DNA of 64,000 nt from an uncultured Planctomycetaceae bacterium (GTDB taxonomy: Bacteria; Planctomycetota; Planctomycetia; Planctomycetales; Planctomycetaceae). This document shows positions 20,673 through 30,403 of the stretch, piece by piece (positions within the stretch are counted from its first letter, which is position 1; each line of letters begins with the position of its first letter). The stretch lies in NCBI GenBank assembly GCA_963813715.1, contig CAWFAK010000005.1, forward strand, positions 1,376,001-1,440,000, in the 5' to 3' direction. The notes under the pieces were generated by a model. It was not told the DNA's origin, searched no databases, and saw only the letters and a list, made by a program, of their open reading frames with translations. Both the position numbers and the translations under genes were made by a program.

Positions 20673-21413
20673 ATGAGCCGTAAACGCCGCTTGGTCCGAG
20701 TTGCGGTTTGCGCAGCCGTGCTGATCGCCTACGTGGGCGGATACTTCGTCTGGCCTCACGGTGAATTAGCTACCTTCGGGGATTTCTATCGCAGCTTCCC
20801 CTTGGAAGGACTCAACCGGCTCTACGTTCCGCTGGGCTGGCTAGAGTGCAAGATACGGGGGCGCACGGTAACCCTAAGCGGTCCGACCCCAGGTCACGGC
20901 ATCCAGTTCGATCCGGGCACTCTGGTAATTCGCGCTCGTTCCGTTGTGCAGCCGGGCGTTCTGTTGTGCAGAACCGTCCCGTTGTGCAAAGCCACGTGTC
21001 CCGTCCCGTTCTTGTCCTCTCCCGGGGCGCCGCGACCCTTCCCCTCGGTGTTTCCCCCTAGCTGCTGGTGGGGATCTTTTTCTCCCTTATGTGAAAACGG
21101 ATCCCCACCCCCAGCAGGGACAGTTTTTGATCACCCGCGAGGATTCTCCCGTCACCGCGCCGCCGCGATCGCGCAGGTGTCCGGACCGGACTTCGGGAAC
21201 CACCCAGCCCCAGAACCGGATGCCGAACTTGGTCTCACTGGGTGTCCAGGGGGCCTGCGCGGTGAACTGGGGCTCCGCGCCGTCTCGGCGCGGCACCTAA
21301 ACCGCTCGCGCGATCCCGCTCTTTCCATTCAGCCACAAAACCGCGATCCGTCCAAGATCAGTTTTCGCGGAATTCAGGATCGGCTACGCCACAGCTCGGC
21401 GCGGAGCGTTTGA
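20673..21413 (+). CDS. Small single-TM protein whose frame runs out through the right TIR (true 3' end uncertain)
   Basis: MSRKRRLVRVAVCAAVLIAYVGGYFVW...LYVPLGWLE. TACAAT lies 6 nt before the ATG. No stop inside the element. Confidence 0.5.
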   Translation: MSRKRRLVRVAVCAAVLIAYVGGYFVWPHGELATFGDFYRSFPLEGLNRLYVPLGWLECKIRGRTVTLSGPTPGHGIQFDPGTLVIRARSVVQPGVLLCRTVPLCKATCPVPFLSSPGAPRPFPSVFPPSCWWGSFSPLCENGSPPPAGTVFDHPRGFSRHRAAAIAQVSGPDFGNHPAPEPDAELGLTGCPGGLRGELGLRAVSARHLNRSRDPALSIQPQNRDPSKISFRGIQDRLRHSSARSV

Positions 21414-21469
21414 CTTTTGTCTCCTCGGTTCCCGCGTCCCCATGCACTGCCGATAGTCCCGAAGGCTTC

Positions 21470-22120
21470 TTACTTTGACGCATTCTTCGCCACGATTCGA
21501 TGCGCGACGCACGCGACGTCGTCGCATCGGTCAATCGCCCGCTCGACAAGCTCGTAAAGCTCCTTCCACTTGATCACATCGAAGGCGTCGAGGCGGCCGT
21601 CGAACAGCTGCGTCAGAACCCGATGATGGATGGCGTCGCCCTCTTCCTCGGCGTGATGCGTCACGATCACCAACTGGTCGACGGACATGGCGAGTTTCGC
21701 GGACTTACGGTCCTCGATGTGCCGGATACACATGACGGCATCGGAAGCAAGGCGGCTGGCTTTCACGAGAACGGCGCACTGCCGCACGAATTCGTCCTCA
21801 CTTCTCGCGACTTTGTAAAAGATCATTCGTCGACCGACGGCGTCGATGTCATCGACCACGTCGTCGATTCGCGAAACCAGGTCGTAGACGTCTCCGCGAT
21901 CAGCAGGCGAAAAGTTGCTCCGGGCGAGTCGAGCGAATGTTTCCCGCGCGAGTTCGTCGCCGTCGTGTTCAGCTTGGATGATGGCGGTGACCAGCTCACT
22001 GGTGATGAGGTCTGCGGAGCACGCTAAGTCCGCAAGCAGCTCGGCTGAGCGCACGGCGTTTTGCGCCGCACGCTCGAAGGCATCGCAATAGTCGAGGTAG
22101 TTAGGCAGCAAGCGAAACAT
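21470..22120 (-). CDS. DUF47 / PhoU-like phosphate transport regulator
   Basis: EHDGD...IDDVVD...EEEGDAIH...IKWKELYELVERAIDRCDDVA. Confidence 0.88.
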   Translation of the reverse strand: MFRLLPNYLDYCDAFERAAQNAVRSAELLADLACSADLITSELVTAIIQAEHDGDELARETFARLARSNFSPADRGDVYDLVSRIDDVVDDIDAVGRRMIFYKVARSEDEFVRQCAVLVKASRLASDAVMCIRHIEDRKSAKLAMSVDQLVIVTHHAEEEGDAIHHRVLTQLFDGRLDAFDVIKWKELYELVERAIDRCDDVACVAHRIVAKNASK

Positions 22121-22145
22121 GCGTTGCCTCGAAACTGGGCGTCAC

Positions 22146-25100
22146 TCAACCAGGGATTGGCGGCCGCGCCTCCTCCAACTTGTTCGGCACCACAAGCGAG
22201 TAGACGCACGGCACCACGAACAGCGTCGTCACCAGACCCGCGATCAGGCCGCCGAGGACCGCGCGGCCCAAGGGGACGTTCGCTTCGCTGCCGCGGCTCA
22301 GACCCAGCGACATCGGGATCAGGGCGAAGAACGTCGCCAGCGCCGTCATGACCACCGGCCGCACCCGGACCGAGGCGGCGCCGTCGATCGCCTCGAGCGG
22401 AGTCACCCGGTCCGCCTGCCGCACGTTCTCGGCGAAGTCGATCAGCAGCACCGTGTTCGACACCACGATGCCCACCATGAAGATGACGCCCAGCAGCGAC
22501 TGGACGTTCAAGGCCGTTCCGGTGAAGAACAGCATCAAGATGACGCCGACCACGCCGACCGGCACGGCCGACAGCACCACCAGCGGCGTCAGGTACGACC
22601 GGAACAGGGCGACCATCAGGAAGTAGATCAGCAGAACCGCCCCGACCATGCCCATCGCCTGGAATCGGAACGTCTGCTGCATCTTCTGATACTCGCCGGC
22701 CAGGACGATCCGGGCCCCTTCCATCGGCTTCTGTCCGGGCGCGTCGGGATCGAAGGGCGTCCAGCCGCCGTCGGGCCGCTCCTTGCCGAACTTCGCCACG
22801 ACCCGGCTCACGTCCTCGGCCACGTGCCCGAGGTCGCGGCCGTGCACCCCCATCGTCAGATCCATCGTCGCCTGAAGGTTGGTGTGGTTGATCTCGGCCG
22901 GCACTTCGACTCGCGGCAGTGGACTTCACGATGTTCCGCAGCGGGATCGGCTTCTGCTGCCCGGGCCGGTGATCGGGATGTCGAGCAGGGTATCGACGCG
23001 AGGTGATGTCTTCTTCGGGGTACTGCACGCCGACGAAGTACTGGTTGGAGCTCTTCGGGTCGATCCAGAAGTTCTTCTTGTTGAACTGAACGCTGGAGTT
23101 GAACGCCGACACGACGTTCTGCATCATGTCCGCCTGAGTCGAGCCCGAGGTCGGACGCCTTGGCCTGGTCGATTTCCAGGACGTACTGCGGGTAGTCGAG
23201 GCGCTGGATGATGCGGGCGTCCACGACGCCGTCGATCCGCTTCACTTCCTTCAGAATTCGCTCGGCCACCTTGCGGGCCTTGTTCATGTCCTTGCCCGTG
23301 ATGCGGACGTTGATCGGAGTGGACTTGCCCTCGTTCATGGCCGACCGGACCATGCCGCCGGCGTCGAAGGCGAATTCCAGGTCGGAGAACTGCGGATCGG
23401 CCGCGAATCCCTGCCGCAAGCATGTCGACGTACTCCTGGGCCGACTGCGACCGCTCGGTCTTGAGTTGAACCTTCACGACCGCGTCCATCGGCCCGGCGT
23501 TCGGCGTGAAGGCGGCCGACCAGTTCGGCGTCAGCCCGATCTCGCTGATGACCAGTTCCAGGTCGTCGCCAGTCTTCTCCTTCACGAATTTCTCCGACGC
23601 GGCGATCTTCTCCTCGGTCTCTTCGATCCGCGTGCCGGACGGGGCCCGGACGAAGATCTCGAACGCGCCGGCATCGACTTCCGGGAAGAACTCCCGGCGC
23701 AGGTCTGGGCCGAAGCACAACGACGACCACGGCCAGGGCCGCGAACGCCGCCGCCGATCACGAAGCCGCGAGCTCGCAGGCCACGTCGAGGAGCCGGAGT
23801 ATAACGCGCGATCCCGGCGATCGACGCGACTTCCCATTTCTCGAACAGCCGGCCGAGCCAGCCCTTTGCGGGGCGTTCTCGTGTTCGTTGCGGTGCTCGT
23901 AGTCGAAGGTGTGGGACTCGACCGGCTTGTGCCCGTGCGACTTCAGCCAGGCCGCACAGCGGGCCGGGACGAACGTCCGCGACAGGACGTAGGCGATCGC
24001 CATGGCGAACGCCACGGCCAGGAACATCGGCCGGAACAGGAACGCCCCGAGCCCGGGCATCAGCGCCAGCGGCAGCAGCACGAGCAGCGTGCAGAGCTGG
24101 CGATCAGTTCGGGCATGGCCACCTCGCTGGCCCCGAGGAAGGCGGCCTCCTTCGGCTTCGCCCCGAGGCCGAGGTGGCGGTGCGTGTTCTCCAGGCAAAT
24201 GATCGCGCTATCCACCAGCGGGCCGATCGCCAGGGCCAGCCCGGCCAGAGTCATCACGTTGATCGTCTGCCCGAAGCCGTACAGGCAGGCGATCGGCCCC
24301 GAGCACGGCAACCGGGATCGTCATCACGGCGATCAGCGTCATCCGCCATTCGCCGAGGAAGACCAGGATCACCAGCGAGCAGAGGATGGCGCCGAGGATG
24401 CCTTCTTCGGCGAGGCTTTCGATCGCCTTGCGGACGTAGACCGACTGGTCCATCACCAGTTTCAGATCGACGTCCGGGGTGGTCAGCCGGTCCTTCATGT
24501 CGGGCAGGTTCTGTCTTGAGAGTGTCGACGACGCTCAGCGTGCTGTACCCCGACTGCCGGTAGACCGGGATGTAGACCTGCCGGCGGCCGTCCACGCGGA
24601 CGACGTTCGTTTGAATCGGGGCGGCGTCCTTCGGGTCGGCCACCTCTTTCAGGAAGATCGTCCGCCCGTCCGCGTCGGTCTTGATCGGGAATGTCGCCCA
24701 TGCGCTCGACGCGCGTCGTACATCGCGTTGGAGTCGAGCGTGTAGTCGAACTTGCCGAACTTCGCGTCGCCGGCCGGGATGAAGATGTTGAACCGGTCCA
24801 GGGCATTCATCACATCGATCGGGGACAGGCCGTGGGCCTGGAGCTCGGTCGCGGTCGAGGTAGGCCAGGATGGTGCGAATCTTCCCGCCGTAGACGACCG
24901 GGGCGTTCGCCCCGCGCGACGCCATGATCATCATCCGGACCTGGTAGCGGGCGGTGTCGTAGAGGACCGATTCGTTCTGCGTCTTGCTGTTGAGGGCGAC
25001 CAGGCAGACCGGCGTGGACGAGGTCGGGTCGTAGGGCAGGATGACCGGCGGCAGCGTTCCCGGGGGCAGGGTCGGGATTTCGACGGTGGCCAGCGAGTTG

Positions 25101-25428
25101 ACCTGGGTCAGGGCGCCGGCCGGATCGACGTCGTCGGCGTAGAAGTTGCGGACGATGCTGACGCCGAGGAGCGACCGCGATTCCTGGCGGATCGATCCCG
25201 GCGGCCTGCCCGGTGCCGCGTTCCATCCGGGCGGTGATGCCGGCCTCGACGCTGGTCGCGGCCATGCCGTTGTAGAAGGTCAGCACCTGGACGGCCGGGC
25301 TGCGGTACACCGGCAGGATGTCGGCCGGGATCACCGCCAGGGCCACGGCCCCGGCCAAGCACGATCGTCAGCATCAGGACAGTGATCGCCCGGGGATTGC
25401 CGAGCGAAAAGCGGATCAGACCATTCAT
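22146..25428 (-). pseudogene. RND efflux permease (AcrB/CzcA-like), heavily frameshifted
   Basis: MNGLIRFSLGNP..., GQTINVMTLAGLALAIGPLVDSAIICLEN, REFFPEVDAG, RVRPVVMTALAT, PLGRAVLGGL, spread over about 10 ORF fragments. Confidence 0.85.
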
Positions 25429-25471
25429 GGATCAAGGCCGGTCTCGCGGTCGAGACAACCCGGGCGTGGGA

Positions 25472-26939
25472 TCAGGGCGTCGGCAGGACTTCGGAGTGGA
25501 ATGTCGAGGTGGGACGAGCAGGGCGTGCCGCGGCTTTCGCTTGGCTACTTTGGCTATCAACGATACCACGGCGGTTCCCTCTCCAGTGGGCCGCTGGCCC
25601 GGACGATGACGCGGTCCGTCGGCCGTCAGCCCCGAGAGGACTTCGACCTCCGACCCGTTGTCGGCCCCGTAGCGACCGGCGACAAGCGGCTTTGTCGTCA
25701 CGGACCACGCGAACCGATCCCTTCCCGCCTCCGCCTTTCCGACCAACGCGGACCGACGGAATGCGGAACGCATCCGGCGACCGGCTTGCAGGATGAGGGT
25801 GACTCGGCCGAACATCCCCCGGCGGAGCTTGCCGTCCGGGTTCTTGACATGCACCTCGGTTCGCATCATGCGAGTGTGCGGATCTTCGGACGCGGCCAGC
25901 CGGGACACTTCCACCTTGTCGGCCCCGCGGGTCTTGAAGACCACCCCGGGCAGGGCGTCCACCTCGACGACGGCGGGATCGCCGCAGTCGACAAACGGAA
26001 CGTCGCGTTCCGGCACCTGGATAACGACCCGCATGACGTCCGTCCGCTCGACGGCCAGCACCGGCATCCGGTCCCCGCCGGCGTCGGCTGACCGAATGAA
26101 GTCGCCGGGATGGAAATTCCGCTTGGTGACGACGCCGGTATACGGGGAACGGATGACCGTGTAATCGAGCAGGACCTGCGACTTCTCGAGCCGGGCCTTG
26201 GCCGTTGCGACTTCGGCCTCGGCGTACCGGAGATCGGCCTGGGCCTGCGTGCACTCGGGCACGGGCCGCCGCTTCCTTTTGCCTGGCCGCATTTACCGCT
26301 TCGCCGGCCGCGAGTTCGGCCGAGACGGCTGCCTGGTACTGATCCTCTTGCTCGTCCGCAAGCTTGGCTTCGATCGCCTTGCGCGCGACCAAGTCCTGAT
26401 TCGATCCCGCTGCTTCTCGCGGTACGCCCGGTACGATCTTTGCTCTTCTTTTCGGCCTGGCCAGAGCGATCACCGCAGTGGCCGCACCAAGGTCGGCCTC
26501 GGCGGTGGTGATCGCGGCTTTCATTTGCTCCACCTTGGCCTCCGCCCGCACGACGTCGGCCGCGTCCTGCTTCACCTGCTTCTCGTACTCCGGCACCGAA
26601 ATCCGGGCCAGCACATCCCCCGCTCGCACGGGATAGCCGATATCGACATTCTGTTCGACCAGGAAACCCGAAACTTTGCCGTACAGGTCGGCCGGCTCAA
26701 ACGGCTCGACTGATACCCGGCTGGAGGCACAGCCGATCGATGCCGCCGGAACGAGGCGCGACGACCCTAACTGAGACTGCACCCGCGCTCGCAGCAGCCT
26801 TTGAGCTGTCGAGTATCAGGGGTGCAGAATTCTCCGCAGCGGCCCTGCCATGAACGAAGACGTACCCCGTGCCTGCGGCGCCTGCCGCCAGGACCACGAG
26901 ACCGAGAAATAGATTGGACCTTGAGACAAAACGAGGCAT
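25472..26939 (-). pseudogene. RND periplasmic adaptor (MFP) subunit, frameshifted
   Basis: N-terminal TM, VEPFEPADLYGKVSG, YTVIRSPYTGVVTKRN, LRRGMFGRV, in separate frames. Confidence 0.85.
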
Positions 26940-26983
26940 GCCACCCACCATTCGCCAAAACAACAGGCCAAGGACATTCGCCG

Positions 26984-27022
26984 TTAAATAAATCTTAACA
27001 TTGAATTAAACAGATCTTAACA
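26984..27022. promoter_or_regulatory. Tandem response-regulator-type operator upstream of the RND operon
   Basis: TTAAAT/TTAACA/TTAAAC/TTAACA at 26984, 26995, 27006 and 27017 (11-bp period); AT-rich island in GC-rich DNA. Confidence 0.65.
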
Positions 27023-27304
27023 ATTCGCCGTCTCTTGGCCAGGGCTGCCGACAGGTCCTGGTGGCCAAAAATGCTGACCGGCACCACCTCAGCCGCTCTG
27101 GGCCAGGGGCAAGGGTGCCAAGCATGGCGGCTTGGACGCGTCCGTTTAGCAAATGTGTCCGGACCGAGTTTTCCTCGATCCGCACGCTTCGGGTTGGTGT
27201 GGCGCGTGCATGAACCCGACGGGGATCTGACGCCGCGGATTTCACTCATTTGAACGAAGCGGTGCTTCCGCAAATGCGGAGCGCCGCGGCCGCCCGGCCG
27301 TCCG

Positions 27305-29887
27305 CTATGAGTTGAGAGCCTCCACTGCCGGCGCGACACCCATCCAGTTGTTCGATTGGTCAGTTTGCGTTGTGTCAGGCGTGTTCGTCGAAGTCATCAA
27401 GGCGGAACTTCCCACGGCCGGCAGTTGAACACTGAGCGAGGTGGCCGCTGACCCTGACAACCCGTCGCCCGTGTTCGTGATCTTAACGGCGAGCGAATCA
27501 GAGCCCACGAAATTCGAGTTGGGCGTATAGGTCAGGCCGTTCAGCGCCGCAATCAAATTGGGCAGCGTACCTTTGATGGTCATCGACGCCGAGTCGTTCG
27601 CCCCGGCGAGCAAGGCGATCGAACCCGGTGATCCCAATAACAGGGTTCCGTGCGCGACGGACAACGCCACTGTGTCGAAGCCACCGGCAGGCAATGCGGC
27701 GTCGGTAAAGGTGATGGGATCATTCTTGGTCGAAGAGAAGTTGAACGCGGTGTTCTCGGTGACTGTCTCGTTGGCCGGAGCACTGACCGTCGGAGCAGGG
27801 GTGGTTTCGACAGTGAGTGCGGTGCTCGTTGACGCGGACAACCCATTGCCCGGATTCGTGATCTTGACGGTCAGCGAATCGGAGCCCAGGAAGTTCGAGT
27901 TGGGCGTATAGCTCAGGCCGTTCAGCGCCTTGATCAAGTTGGGCAGCGTCCCTTGGATGGTCATCGACGCGGAACCATTTGCGCCGGAAAGCAAGGCGAT
28001 CGAACCGGGTGACCCCAACAACAGAACCCCGTGCGAGACGGTCAACGCCACCGTGTCAAAGCTACCCGCGGCCAACACGGGATCGGTCAAGGTGATGGCA
28101 TCACCGTTGGCCGACGAGAAGGTGAACGCGGTGTTCTCGACGACCGTCTCGCTCAACGAGGCGCTCACCGTCGGCGGATTGCTGGCTGTGCTTGAAACCG
28201 TGAGAGTGGTGCTCGCTGATGCGGACAACCCATTGCCCGGATTCGTGATCTTGACCGTCAGCGAATCGGAGCCCACGAAATTCGAGGTGGGCGTGTAGTT
28301 CAAGCCGTTCAGCGCCTTGATCAAGTTGGGCAGCGTCCCTTGGATGGTCATTGACGCCGAACCATTTGCGCCGGAAAGCAAGGCGATCGATCCCGGCGAT
28401 CCCAACAAGAGGGTCCCGTGAGAGACGGTCAACGCCACCGTGTCGAAGCCGCCGGCAGCCAACGTGGGATCGGTCAAGGTGATGGCATCACTGTTGGCCG
28501 ATGAGAAAGTAAACGCCTTGTTCTCGATCACTGGCTCGCTGGCCGGGGCGCTCACCGTCGGCGGGTTGCTGGCTGTACTCGTGACAGTGAGGGAGGTGCT
28601 TGCGGACGCGGACAACCCGTTGCCCGTATTCGTGATCTTGACGGTCAGCGAATCGGAGCCGACGAAGTTCGAGCTGGGCGTATAGCTCAGGCCGTTCAGC
28701 GCCTTAATCAGATTGGACAGGGTCCCCTTGATGGTCATCGAGGCCGAGCCGTTCGCCCCGGCGACCAACGCGATCGATCCCGGGGATCCCAACAACAGGG
28801 TCCCGTGCGAGACGGTCAACGCCACCGTGTCAAAGCCACCGGCGGCCAGCACGGGATCGGTCAATGTGATGGCATCACCGTTGGCCGACGAGAAGGTGAA
28901 CGCGGTGTTCTCGATTAATGTCTCGCTGGCTGGGGCGCTCACTGTCGGCGGAGTGCTGGCTGCAGTCGAAACCGTGAGTGTGGTGCTCGCGGACGCGGAC
29001 AACCCATTGCCCGGATTCGTGATCTTGACGGCGAGCGAATCGGAGCCCACGAAATTCGAGTTGGGCGTATAGCTCAGGCCGTTCAGCGCTTTAATCAGAT
29101 TGGGGAGGGTTCCCTTGATGGTCATCGATGCCGAGCCGTTCGCCCCGGAGACCAAACCGATCGATCCCGGCGATCCGAGCAACAGGGTCCCGTGCGCCAC
29201 TGTCAACGCCACCGTGTCAAAGCCACCGGCAGGCAACGCGGTGTCGGTCAAGGTGACGGGATCACCATTGGCCGATGAGAAGGTGAACGCGGTGTTCTCG
29301 ATGACTGTCTCGCTGGCTGGAGCGCTGACGGTCGGAGCAGAGCCGGTTGCGACGGTAAGTGAGGTGCTTGCTGACGCGGACAACCCGTCACCCGTATTCG
29401 TGATCTTGACGGTCAGCAGATCGGAGCCCAGGTAGTTCGAGGTGGGCGTATAGCTCAGGCCGTTCAGCGCCGTGATCAAATTGGGCAGCGTCCCTTCGAT
29501 GGTCATCGACGCCGAGTTGTTCGCCCCGGAGAGCAAAGCGATCGAGCCTGGCGATCCCAACAACAGGGTCCCGTGCGTGACGGTCAACGCCACCGTGTCA
29601 AAGCCGCCGGCAGCCAACGAGGGATCGGTAAAGGTGATGGAATCACCGTTGGCCGATGAGAAGGTGAACGCGGTGTTCTTGGTCACTGTCTCGCTGGCCG
29701 GAACACTGACTGTCGGGGGAGAGCTGGCGGCGGCAATGAGTGCGGTGCCAGGGGAAGCCGAAAGGCAAAGCCGATCTTCGAGAGATTGGACGTGCGCGAT
29801 CGGGCGCGAGCGTGCGGGATGGCGTAGAGCTGGACGGCGTAGAGCCTTGTTAATCGCAAAATGTTGGAAGCGGTTCAGCGAAAGCAT
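27305..29887 (-). CDS. Exported repetitive protein with LEPR-XLL-like motif and six ~125-aa beta-rich (cadherin/Ig-like) repeats
   Basis: HVQSLEDRLCLS, then 6 x PTVS.PASETV.ENTAFTFSS...LNGLSYTP.SNF.GSD.L.VKITN. DNA repeat period about 370-390 bp. Confidence 0.85.
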   Translation of the reverse strand: MLSLNRFQHFAINKALRRPALRHPARSRPIAHVQSLEDRLCLSASPGTALIAAASSPPTVSVPASETVTKNTAFTFSSANGDSITFTDPSLAAGGFDTVALTVTHGTLLLGSPGSIALLSGANNSASMTIEGTLPNLITALNGLSYTPTSNYLGSDLLTVKITNTGDGLSASASTSLTVATGSAPTVSAPASETVIENTAFTFSSANGDPVTLTDTALPAGGFDTVALTVAHGTLLLGSPGSIGLVSGANGSASMTIKGTLPNLIKALNGLSYTPNSNFVGSDSLAVKITNPGNGLSASASTTLTVSTAASTPPTVSAPASETLIENTAFTFSSANGDAITLTDPVLAAGGFDTVALTVSHGTLLLGSPGSIALVAGANGSASMTIKGTLSNLIKALNGLSYTPSSNFVGSDSLTVKITNTGNGLSASASTSLTVTSTASNPPTVSAPASEPVIENKAFTFSSANSDAITLTDPTLAAGGFDTVALTVSHGTLLLGSPGSIALLSGANGSASMTIQGTLPNLIKALNGLNYTPTSNFVGSDSLTVKITNPGNGLSASASTTLTVSSTASNPPTVSASLSETVVENTAFTFSSANGDAITLTDPVLAAGSFDTVALTVSHGVLLLGSPGSIALLSGANGSASMTIQGTLPNLIKALNGLSYTPNSNFLGSDSLTVKITNPGNGLSASTSTALTVETTPAPTVSAPANETVTENTAFNFSSTKNDPITFTDAALPAGGFDTVALSVAHGTLLLGSPGSIALLAGANDSASMTIKGTLPNLIAALNGLTYTPNSNFVGSDSLAVKITNTGDGLSGSAATSLSVQLPAVGSSALMTSTNTPDTTQTDQSNNWMGVAPAVEALNS

Positions 29888-30054
29888 GCCGACTCGTCCT
29901 ATGTATTGTAGAAGCTGTTTTGTGGAAACCCGGAAACGTTCGGACTGGCGTCGGCTCACCATTGCCGTAGTCGCAACGAACTCAAGGCGCGCGGGGGGGC
30001 CTGTTTTGCGTTGAAGAGTGCCAGCCCCCAGGCTTGCGGCCACGGTCATCCGCT

Positions 30055-30070
30055 TGCAAAAGCTATGCCG
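30055..30070 (-). promoter_or_regulatory. Candidate sigma54 -24/-12 promoter for the repeat-protein gene
   Basis: CGGCATAGCTTTTGCA (GG-N10-GC) on the - strand, about 170 nt upstream of the ATG. Confidence 0.5.
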
Positions 30071-30327
30071 CGGACAATGCCATCACGGACCAGGACTTGA
30101 ATTGTCCGTTCACTCGACTACCGGAAGTCGCGACCGGATTTCAGCTGGAGGCGACCTGACCGCGCTGGCAGGCGGAGTGATTGACAATGTGGCGCAGCAT
30201 CGCCCACCGTGGCAGGGTCGCCGCAAGCCGGGCGAACGCGCCGCGGATCGGCGTGGGCATGTCTTACCACGCCTCGCATGCTCACGCGAACATATTGGTT
30301 CGGGAATTCGGTGGGATCTCGGAGACG

Positions 30328-30380
30328 TCGCTCACCGCTTCGGGTTCGTGAAGACATACCAACCCGAAGCGTCAAGCGAG
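30328..30380. repeat. REP-like inverted pair
   Basis: TCGCTCACCGCTTCGGGTT ... AACCCGAAGCGTCAAGCGA. Confidence 0.55.
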
Positions 30381-30403
30381 GGCGCGCGGGACCGAGCCGC
30401 CAG

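Larger units (their letters stand above)
17025..20993. mobile_element. 3,969-bp cargo-carrying transposon (IS5/IS903-like ends, SWIM-DDE transposase)
   Basis: Left TIR GGCTTTGCACAATGGAACG (17025-17043) matches the reverse complement of right CGTCCCGTTGTGCAAAGCC (20975-20993) at 17/19. Exact 10-bp direct repeat ACGTGTCCCG at 17015-17024 and 20994-21003. Confidence 0.9.

Noticed and set aside
29940..30030. c-di-GMP-I riboswitch (ACGCAAAAC string) before the repeat protein
   Set aside because: The GGCAAA-stem-GAAA first hairpin is missing.
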